A stretch of 59,871 nt of DNA, filler included, from Catajapyx aquilonaris (Eukaryota): NCBI GenBank assembly GCA_000934665.2. It is 3 parts of 3 records of this genome, joined end to end, with 100 filler letters (N's around TTAATTAATTAA, not from the genome) between each part and the next. Parts side by side here need not be neighbours in the genome. Positions count along the whole stretch, not along the records: positions 1 to 19,881 come from JYFJ02006370.1; positions 19,982 to 39,891 come from JYFJ02006371.1; 1 more part is not named here. One strand, written 5' to 3'. The stretch's first letter is position 1; every line of letters begins with the position of its first letter. Below, one piece after another: positions 11,700-21,828 of the stretch. The translations under genes were made by a program, and so were the position numbers. A model generated the notes under the pieces. That model was not told the origin of the DNA, ran no database searches, and worked only from the letters and a program-made list of their open reading frames with translations.

Positions 11700-14600
11700 G
11701 AATGCGTCCTCGTATAATTTTGTATTGTGACATTTAACGTTGTATAGAGGTCTTGAAGGGAGCACAATTTTTGGGAAAGATTGGAAGCCATGTGTTGGGT
11801 GCAGGATGGACACATGGGCGTTGATGGGTGAACAGGGTGTGTTGTCAGGTGTTGGATCTTTCAACAGTCTATCTGATTAATTTTTGGTTTACTCTAGTAA
11901 TGTGATCAATACGCTTTAGTACGTACTGTTTCAATACATACTATACATACCAAAGATGGATCGCACTGTAATTGCATCCTTCATGTTGTATCATTCCAGT
12001 TGCTTTATTTGACTAGAAAAGTTGCAGGAATGATGGATAAACCCATGATGTGGGTGGTGTTTGAAGCTCTTGTCTCTGTGCGCTTCCATATTTTTCTTCG
12101 TTGGAATGGAACCTAATATACGAATATCGTAATTGCCTAACAATTATTATTATTGGTGAGTTTCAGACTCACAACAGACGGCTTGGTCTGCTGTAGACTG
12201 CTGAAGCTCATCTCTGATAGTTTGTGAATAGTAGCAAAAGGAAGACGTTGCGTTGTTGGCTGATGTGGCTGACGTTTTCCATGGTTTTCCGTATGTTGGA
12301 GCTCTCTTTTTGCCGCGGAGTATTATGTATGGTAATGGCCACGTTTTCATGTGTCTTCGGCTTCCATCAAGTGCAGGTACACATTTGGAGGAAAACATGA
12401 AAGTGCCTTTCAGTTTGGGCTGTTGTCGCCACACTGGCTTCCAATGGTTTCCCTAAGTGTTAGCAGTTCTTCGCAAGTGGTGTGCATCGTGCCATATTTA
12501 AAGCTATGACCCAGTTTTTTTGCTGTGTACTTGTGAATTTGTTTATATAAGAATGCGACACCTTGTGCATTCGGCAATTCGTACGAGGACTCACCCTGTG
12601 TCAAGACTGGACTGGTTTTGTCCAGTTAATTTATTATTATCAATGTACTAGTTTTTGCCAATTTGTGTCGCAATTAGGCAAGGAATTCTCTCATTGTTGG
12701 GTCATCTTACCTCCAGAAGACTCGAAAGTAAAATGTTGCTCTTCGCTATCTTGACTGACCTACTAATTTTTATGTGAGACTAAAAGGGAAACACTCGTTG
12801 CAATATGTACTAGTTCAGAGCCATCACAAACTGTTTGGAAGAGGGTGCAGCTCCTGTCATCATAGCGTATAGGCGAACTGGATTCAGTTGTTTAAATAAG
12901 TTTATATACCGTACCACAAGTGAATTGTGGTAGGTGATAGCCACGCATTATTTTGAGTAATTTATGTTTAGACATTGTTTTGTTGCTGTGCAGGAACTAT
13001 ACTAATATCTTAATCACGGTCGCCATCGAAGTCCAACTATAAAGCATGGATTTGGACTGATTTGATGATCTTCATCCCATTCCACAATTTACAGTCAAAT
13101 AATGAAGTTGAGGTAGTCGCTTCATTGCTGGGTCGTTGTTGTCCATTGCACAAGAGTCTGAATTTTCCCCGAAATGATCCCAATATTTAGGTCGTGTGTA
13201 TGTACCAAATATAACAATGAAATTCAGGACTCCATAACACGGTGTAAGATGGTATTGTGTAGCTTCTCTCACCCTCCTTTAGGGCCATGGGCCTCTACAA
13301 CAGTAACGTTCAAGTGTTGTAAGGGTAAGCGCTTGACAAGGGAATGTTGTACTCCGCATTTAAATCTCTTCCAGCTTCTCTTGGACCCAATTCATTAACT
13401 ATGCTAATGCATGAATGTTTACCATTTTATTTACTTTTGGTTCATCAAAGTTGGTGTGGGTCTGCGCAACGTAACCCTGCTTCTGACTCAGTATACAGTA
13501 TAACAAGTCGAGCTGAGTAAATGTGTATTGTGTGGTAGCGCAGTTTTGGGTTCATCTCCCCGACATAAAATCCAGAGTATGTCTCATGGGTATATAAGGA
13601 TCATGGTGGTGTTGGTAGCGGTACTTGCTGCTCTCTCTGGGTCAAACATCTATTGGCGTAGTTGTAGGTGCTGTCAAGGTGTAGTTGCGCAGAAAATTTC
13701 ACATTTCTCCGCCACCAAAAATTATTTGACCTTCTTTTCTTTGACTCTTTCCTATCTTCCGTATATGAGTGCAGGCAAGATGTCTGATTAAGCCTTAGCT
13801 GCACGAGTCTTGGTGCAACATCACGAGGGTCCGTGCTATATCTCCTTCAAATGTCTCAGTTTCACTGGAAAAGGTGCTGATGCCTTTGAATTGTTTTTCA
13901 GGTGTCTTTGTGATCGTGTCGAGGTAGATGGGAAAAACCACATAAAAAGTGACTTTCAATTGTGTCGCAGTTTGACTTAACAGTGTACTCAGTGTACTTC
14001 GGTTGCTCCAAGAGGATAACATTAAAATGTAACAAGAGATCTCGCACGTCCCTTTGTCTCCAGTGAGGGTCTGACTAATCCCTGAAATGGTTCTTTCTAG
14101 GGACGTGTCTGCCACATGGTTGTTTCACAATGCATTTTGTGATTATATCATATGTTTCTTTAATGATTTATTCTTCAGATTTTTCATGCTTGAAACTCCG
14201 TTATCCGGCAAAAGATGTAATTGGTTTACCTTATACAGTATTATACTGCCTGTGCCGCTTGTACAGTAGTCTTCGAGTGGTTTAATTTGCAGTCATTTAA
14301 TACTCCAGTAGTCTAGTTTGGCTATAACTTGTTTTCTTATACTATATTATTTCTTGTCTTGTCAGATTCGACATGTCCTACCCACTGACAAGTGAGTCTA
14401 GGCGTCTAGGGAGTGCGACGGCCCCTTCTCGTGAGCCAAGAGTTTACATTCCAAGTCTGATCGAATGGATTTTCTTGCAGTCTCTTCTGGAAGACTTGAA
14501 ATTTTGTGTCTTAATAGTTTCTGCATGGAATAATTGAATTCACTTACATCTCTTGGCGATATGTCGTGGATTCCGGCGCAAGATCGCTCGTAACCATAGT

Positions 14601-15200
14601 AAGAGGAAGACGTCGTTGGCTGATATTCCATTGTATTGCTCCTGGGACATCGTAATGGCCGAGGGGGCCAGTTGACCTGCTTTGACTCACCCGTGACCCA
14701 AAGGCATGGGTCGTGATGTTGACTTAGAATATATTGACCTCATTAGGTGCCACTGTAATGGTTAAAGTGTGGTAATGATAAGTTTCAGTAATATGATATG
14801 TTTTTTCTTATTGGAATGAATATTTTTTACATTTTACGGACCCATGAACAAGTTGACTGAGAAGAGTGCATATTATCCCGTGTCAAAATATCATTATGGT
14901 GGAAATAAGGATGCCTTTCCAGGGAATGAAAGGTAGTTGTAGAAAGAGTGAGAGAGAAATGTCTCTCGCCCCAATGGGTATGATCAGCTCTTGGTATGAT
15001 TCACCCGATGTAGGGACTTTTTACAGCAGCATGTTAAAATAGCCTCGTTGGTCTGTGGTGCTAATGACTTGACGGTATAGAGTCGGAGATTCTGCTTGTT
15101 TTTAGGATGTGCGGAGATGTCACTTCTTTTCAAACAGTCTAATATAATCGTGGTGCTGTGCATGACCTGCGTGGACTGATATGGTTGCATGCATATATCT
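11700..15200 (-). mobile_element. Possible highly decayed LINE remnant(s)
   Basis: Minus-strand fragments such as LLLFTNYQR*ASAV (RT FxDyxKAFDSV-like) near 12200-12250 and NLRLYTVKSL (endonuclease-like) near 15070. No intact ORF. Confidence 0.25.
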
Positions 15201-16303
15201 TCATTTTATGTTTATGATTGTCCTTAATGTCCTTAATGGTCTTACTGAGAATTTATTTTTTTGCTGTCACAGTAATAACATGAAGAGTAACATGCGGCGG
15301 TATAGATAATGATATTAAAGTGAGCCCGTGCATAATAATTCATTGGTGTGAGATTATTTCACTTACCTGGGATGACAGCACTCGTCGCAATGTGTGTTTC
15401 TAAGATAGCATTGACTGGCAGTGAATGACTGTACCGCTATAGTTATCGTCTCTTTGTTCTAGACTTCGCTATGCTGATGGAGAGCGTATACGCATAATTT
15501 CCTTCAATCTGCAATTTGTTAGCATCTTATCTGTTTCGTCTGGCAGTTAATAAAACTGGTTTACCATAATTAGAAGCACAAAATGATTGCAATTTTTCAC
15601 TATATTTTTGGTCCATTGCACTTTTGTGAAAGTGCCATCAGTTCAATTCATTCATATAAGTAATGCATTATCTGAAAGGCCTGCCCTGTGATTGTTCTCC
15701 TTGTTGCACCTGGGTCATTCTGTGTGTGGTCTCTTGTACTCCGCTTCTCCGCATGAAACCCTCGATGGATATTCCCATATGAATCCTACACCTCACTCCC
15801 AGACTCCATGTCTGCATGTCCAGTTCATATCAACATGGATTAGTCTTTGAATGTATATTCCTCTGACAATTCAGGCCCTCATCCTTGTACTTGCAAGACG
15901 TTCCATTACACGTCGAAGGATGGGCTTCCCTTCAAGCAGGTGAAGCAGAAATTTGACAACGTCGGATTCGACATAGTCTTGGATATAAAAATAGTTCTCT
16001 CAGTCACCTCTGTACGTAGAGCAATGCAGTGAAGATGGGTTCATCGACAAGTCAACTGAAACTGTAATTGATTGTCACCCACTGGATTTTGTATGTGCAT
16101 CCTATCCCGTCACGCTAGCATGTGAACAATGAAATATGCCACATCGCCCACATGTTTTTCGTGGAAAAGACATGTAAAGAAGTGAAGAGTTTCATTGCCA
16201 CCATATAACAATATGAGATCACAAATTCCTGGCAACAGAATGTTTTGACTAGAATTTGCCTTTTTTTATGTGACATCTGGAGCTTTATTATCAATTCCAG
16301 AAA

Positions 16304-18001
16304 ATGGCTGGAATTATTCAAATTCTCATTGGACAATGCGGAATTAGGTGTGGGATAAAAGTGAGTGTAATAGTTGCGAGTACTGGATGCCACACTATAT
16401 AAACTTCTGGCTCTTATACTCATCAGCTATGGAACATGATGAGAGAAGAACATGCGCTCGATCAAGACCTGACTGGACAGCAAACCGCTGACAAAATGCA
16501 CCTGGAACGCATTTCCACATACTTCCAGGAGAAACAAAGTGTGGTAATTAGTCGCTAATTGTCGCACCCTTAATGAGCTTGCACTTATTCTCTACAGCGC
16601 GCAAGAACTACGAAACCCGAGCCATCGTAGTGGACATGGATGCCAACATGGTGGAGGAGGCTCACGCATTTGGTCGTGGCTATCTGTTCCCTTCGCACAA
16701 ACTGGTGTCCGGAAAGAAAGGGGCGTACAGGAACTGGGCCAGGGGATACCACGGAGAAGGAGAGGAGCTGATGGATGAGTTCCAGGACACTCTTCGTCTT
16801 CACGTGGAAGAGTGTGATAGTCTCCAGGGGTTCCAGATTGTCCATTCAGTGGCAGGCGGGACAGGCGGTGGGCTCGGTTCGCTCATTCTCGGTAAGCTGC
16901 AGGACGACTACTCCGAGTGTACGTTGGACACCATGAGCGTCTTCCCCTCTAATGATTCTATGAAGGTATGGCATTTCATACACGCTAATTCCTGTTTGTG
17001 ACGTGTGGCATTTATGTATTTGTAATGGTCAGCTCTGGAGCAAAGAGAGGCCGACCGACTCTTACAACAGCACCCTGACACTGTCGCACTTGATGGACTC
17101 TGCCCACACGGTGTACGTGTTCGACACCGAGGCTGTGAACAACATAAGTCGAAGAGCGCTCCATCGGCAGTACCTGTCCGAGCCTTGGAACCGGGTCATT
17201 TCGAGCGCCATATCCGGGCTGACCGTGGGTCTCAGGTCACCAGGAGACGTCACCTACAACATGAGTCGGATCTACCGTGACATGGTGCCAATCCCCAGGT
17301 TCAAGTTCCTCTCAAGCAGCTTGTATCCTCGTACTAGAGAAGACAATCTGGCCAACTTCGACACCAGTCTGGACGACGCACACGGCGAGGTGTTTATAGA
17401 CTCTAATGTGATGACATACTGCAAGGCGTCTCGTGGACGTACCGTAGCGTCCAAGGTGTTCTACCGCGGCGATTTTCATAGGAAGGACCTGCGGTTGAGC
17501 GTCGGACGAGCCAAGAACAAGGAGAGAATCGAGTATGTGCAAGGTCTGCAGAAGTTGACCACGGTCAGTCTCCACTCGTTACCTCCTGCCCAGATGCAGA
17601 GGTCAGTGTCATTCCTGACCAACAACATGGCCGTGCAGGACCTGTTTAATCGTATCCACGCGTCCTTCACCTACATGTTAATCAACAAGACGTACCTGCA
17701 GTGGTACCACAGGGAAGGGCTGGAAGAAGATGAGCTGACCGAGGCCTACAACAAACTTGTGGATATACAGTGGGAGTACACTCGAGCTTCGAAGACGCCT
17801 AAGGAGCTGAACGTGGTACCGAGTCTGACGTGGGACAAGAAGGGTTCAGGTAGAATGACCCCGACAGCTGGGAAGGAGATGGATGCAAGAAGACCGTCTC
17901 GCAAGGGACGGAGACAGAGAGGGTTTTCCAGCGATGTGTTAGATGAGCCGTTGAAAGAGAAACCGGAGTGTGAAGAAGAATGCGAAGAAGAAGATCTGTG
18001 A
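16304..18001 (+). CDS. Highly divergent beta-type tubulin, 4 exons: 16304-16360, 16427-16538, 16598-16965, 17033-18001; 501 aa
   Basis: MAGIIQILIGQCG, LERISTYFQE, RAIVVDMD, NWARGYHGEG, ECDSLQGFQIVHSVAGGTGGGLGS, MVPIPRFKF, YLQWYHREGLEEDELTEA. Introns after codon 19 (phase 0) and ~56 (phase 1) match typical beta-tubulin positions. One uninterrupted frame of 1506 nt. Confidence 0.9.
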
Positions 18002-18542
18002 AGGCCAAGAAGAGTCGCTATTTCCCAAATAAGTAAGCCTCAAAATTATACGCACTTTGCATGAAATGTAATGTAACAACGATAATGGAAGCAGATAAAT
18101 TTAGAGCTGCATATATATATCTGCGTTTGATGGTACAACGATCTTGTATGAGCATATCAGAACGCTAACCAGAAATTGTGTTAGTACAGTATTTGTTATT
18201 TATTTGTTTAATGTGCCTGTACTGGTTTGCACGGTATATCCAAAATCCGAAAAAATTGGGATCACACCTCGTAGTTCCTCCTCCGGCCCACCAGAGGCGC
18301 TGCTTCCTCCCATTACGCCGGCGCAGAACGGGGGCCATACAAAGAGACAGCCGTGTAGCCACTGGTGACGGCTGAGCTGAGATGGTGACTCAGGCCGGAC
18401 AAACAAACAAACCTCCTCTCAGTGTTTGCCAACTTTTGGGAATGGGCTCAGCAGTAGTGTACAAAAATTCCGGATCATTGTTAAATAGCTTGTTTTATTT
18501 ACAGCATATTTCGTAATGGATGTAAGACAGAAAGTAGCATTT

Positions 18543-19880
18543 TTATGGCAAATATGGATACCTTGGAGTGTGATATAATATTTCAATTATGAGCACAAGT
18601 ACAGCCACAGTCAAACCAAATATCCATGTGTAAAAGATTGATGCGAACTTCTTCACGTTCAGAAGACTTCCAGACGCTGCGTGGTCCTTCGATTTGTCTT
18701 TCATCATTTTAAAATATTTGTGAACAAAATTCCAGTGGTTGGCAGTAGATTCAATGTGAATGTACATGCCACATTCAAATGACCAGTTGTTTACCTTCTC
18801 AGCAATGACAAACCCAACGTCATCTCGACGCAGACCTCCGCTTGTGTACAGGCTGACCAATGGTTTCGGTGAGAGCAAAACGGTATGTTTACCAGACTTG
18901 TCCAAGTAGCAGTCCCGCTCTTCTCGGTATTTGATGTCCAGCATGAAGCAAACAAAGTCCTCGGTTTGAGTCTTTCTCAAGCATTCGTCCGTGGTCGGAA
19001 CTATTAGGTTGGCTTTCAATAGTTGTCGCTCGAGAGTGTCCTCGGGCAATTCCTTCAAGAGGAGTGACATTCCCAGCGAGGTGAGCAGTGTCGAACCCCA
19101 TTTCATCGGTGACTTGGTGAGCTCTTCTCCCGTTTCAGGGAGAATTTCCAGTCCAGGAAAAGTGATGAATGACACCAGCTTGCTTCTGTATAAAGTAGTT
19201 ATTATGACCCCGAACATGGAAAAGAAGCAGTAAAACATTCGGTTGTGGTTTGTGCTACTGCTATCGTCCGGCTGTTCCATGACATCTCTCAGAAGAAAAG
19301 CGGCGTTTGAACAGACTTTGGAGATGAAGCTTCTTCCTCTGCTACTTGTGGGATTTCTCGAAGATGAGTTGTCCAAATGGTACAAGGTGATGGATGAGAA
19401 AATTAGTGATAATACAAGCGTGATCCACATGGAAAAGCAATAGGGCTGGAATATGACGTACCATCTGAGGACTGGTCGAGGAATCCTGGAGACGAAGGTA
19501 CCTTGCACAAAGAATGTTGGGTATTGCAATCGAACAGCTCTGTAAGATATATCTGTATACAAGATGACTCCAGCCACATCTATTTCATTTGCAATAACAG
19601 CTCTGGCCATTCCCGTCAGGCTTCCGTTTGCGTACAGCTCATTTTCGTTGATTTCAGGGTTGACAATATCTATCAGGCAATTAACCTTGGCCTCGTAGCT
19701 TAATACAAATGTTTCGTCTTTGGTTAGCCGCTCTCCTCGTTTGTTCTTCCTTCTCGCTTCTTCCATATTCATCGGAAATATGTACCCCACCTTCACTCTC
19801 CTCCCGTTCATGTTGACAGGGGGATGCCTCATGAGGTTGTCCATGGCCATCCGAGGGCGGTATGGGATGGGCGGGTTGAC
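18543..19880 (-). CDS. Divergent ionotropic receptor (IR), 5'-truncated by the linker; paralog of the 2594-4817 IR
   Basis: VNPPIPYRP...HPPVNMNGRRV, NGSLTGMARAVIANEIDV, WYVIFQPY, LYRSKLVSFITFP, LLNVKKFASIFYTW; collinear with exon 3 of the first IR. Confidence 0.88.
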   Translation of the reverse strand, partial: VNPPIPYRPRMAMDNLMRHPPVNMNGRRVKVGYIFPMNMEEARRKNKRGERLTKDETFVLSYEAKVNCLIDIVNPEINENELYANGSLTGMARAVIANEIDVAGVILYTDISYRAVRLQYPTFFVQGTFVSRIPRPVLRWYVIFQPYCFSMWITLVLSLIFSSITLYHLDNSSSRNPTSSRGRSFISKVCSNAAFLLRDVMEQPDDSSSTNHNRMFYCFFSMFGVIITTLYRSKLVSFITFPGLEILPETGEELTKSPMKWGSTLLTSLGMSLLLKELPEDTLERQLLKANLIVPTTDECLRKTQTEDFVCFMLDIKYREERDCYLDKSGKHTVLLSPKPLVSLYTSGGLRRDDVGFVIAEKVNNWSFECGMYIHIESTANHWNFVHKYFKMMKDKSKDHAASGSLLNVKKFASIFYTWIFGLTVAVLVLIIEILYHTPRYPYLP

Positions 19881-19881
19881 G

Positions 19882-19981
19882 NNNNNNNNNNNNNNNNNNN
19901 NNNNNNNNNNNNNNNNNNNNNNNNNTTAATTAATTAANNNNNNNNNNNNNNNNNNNNNNNNNNNNNNNNNNNNNNNNNNNN
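19882..19981. other. Artificial contig linker (N run with TTAATTAATTAA six-frame stop)
   Basis: 100-nt N block with a central TTAATTAATTAA, identical in design to 39892-39991. Confidence 0.95.
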
Positions 19982-21205
19982 CAAGACCAGGACATGCCTT
20001 ACTCAGGGGGCCTGTTTGAGGGCCGCCCAAGGGCTTCTAGGGTTCTAACAGTACAGTCTGCATTGGGCATTCTCTCATTAATTGGTACATGCATGGGCAT
20101 TGGACCTAATATCAGCAGGTGCTAAGACTGGTAACTAAACAACGCTGGATGTTGACCTGTCTCAGTTTTGCCAGCTGCGGCCAACAATGAACAGACCAGA
20201 AGGCCTATTTATTGACACACCTGGGTCTGTCCAGTTCCGACGGGTTAGCCCTCTGGTTTGGCAGCTAGTGACCTCATGTGAAACTCTCCAGCGAACACCA
20301 GAACAGGCCTGTTTCCCACGGATGGCCCTTTTTTCCCTCATTAATATTGTTACATGGGCATTAGACCTAATATCAGCAGGTGCTATTCCCGATTCTGCAG
20401 AAAGAGCCAGAAAGCATCTCTTAGCAACGACCTGCTTATAAACAAGCAGCTTGCGCGATTTTTCCAATAACTACTGGTGCCACAGAGTTGGATCACCCTC
20501 TCATGTACTTTTACCACTCAAAAAGATGAGATGATTTTGCATTTGGTTTCAATGCAAAATCATCTCAATTTTTTTGAGATAATGGAGGGAAGCAAAAAAT
20601 AGAGCAAGTGGGCTGGTGGATTAAGAGGTGGCTGCTCTAAACAGTACTGAGCGTGCCGGATGTCGTCACTCATTATCTCGAAAATGACTGCGGAGTGGGT
20701 CTTTTTGCGCTCACCAGTGAATTCTACACATGTGATTTACCCACTGATTGATTTTTGGCCAATTCAGTTATTCTCACATCATGATGTTCCCTTGTTCCTG
20801 TTCCCTTGCCAGAAACAACTTACGAGAAAATTCTGGATTTAAAAATAAATAAATAAACAAATATAATACAAAAATTCAAGGTCAGATTCTGACTCTTGTG
20901 GTAATCATAAGCACTTTGTGGAGAGGTACTGTACAGCACAGGGGGCTGTGTGAATATCATGGTGCGCCTTCAGTCATGCAAGTCATGGAAGAAAAAAACC
21001 ACATACACGTTACAATTTTTATCTCAGCCATTGTTTAAGCTACACATTCATGTGGTACTCATAACAACAGAAACTGCCAATATTGGTGGAGAGTAGAAGC
21101 TGGGTTGAGTCAGAGGTACGCTGTAATTCTTGGGCCTCCCACACAGTTGTTTCTCCCACTTCTTGTGTGCATCTTGTACTTTCACCAAGGCAAGCCATTA
21201 TCCAT

Positions 21206-21740
21206 ATACACAAGTGACATTTTCAACCTAAGAAAAACTTATTTCCTGATACAATGACCAATCATTGTAAGCAAAAGTGACCTTTTAAACTGAAAGAAAC
21301 TATATTCCCTCATAATGGAATGATCTTTGTCTGTATACACAAGTGACATTTTAAACCTAAGAAAAACTTATTTCCTGATACAATGACCAATCATTGTAAG
21401 CAAAAGTGACCTTTTAATCTGAAAGAAACTATATTCCCTCATAATGGAATGATCATTGTCTGTATACACAAGTGACATTTTAAACCTAAGAAAAAACTTA
21501 TTTCCTGATACAATGACCAATCATTGTAAGCAAAAGTGACCTTTTAAACTGAAAGAAACTATATTCCCTCATAATGGAATGATCATTGTCTGTATACACA
21601 AGTGACATTTTAAACCTAAGAAAAAACTTATTTCCTGATACAATGACCAATCATTGTAAGCAAAAGTGACCTTTTAAACTGAAAGAAACTATATTCCATA
21701 ATAATGGAATGATCATTGTCTGTATACACAAGTGACATTT
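21206..21740. repeat. Tandem minisatellite, ~128-129-bp unit, ~4.1 copies
   Basis: The unit tatacacaagtgacattttaaacctaagaaaaacttatttcctgatacaatgacc... recurs at ~21206, 21334, 21463, 21593 and partially at 21723. Confidence 0.95.
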
Positions 21741-21828
21741 AAAATCCAATAATTTTTTTTTTTTTATATGATGAATGACCTTTTAAACTAAATGGTGTTA
21801 TGATTTCCATTGTAAATGCTGTCAGCAT

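Noticed and set aside
20162..20467. 101-aa minus-strand ORF downstream of the NSD-like gene as a SET exon
   Set aside because: It has no AWS/SET motifs (e.g. RFxNHSC, ELTFxY) and looks more like a decayed LINE fragment with a short local duplication.
21206..21740. Regular repeat array as a possible CRISPR
   Set aside because: The units are ~128-bp head-to-tail copies with no unique spacers, there are no cas genes, and the context is eukaryotic.
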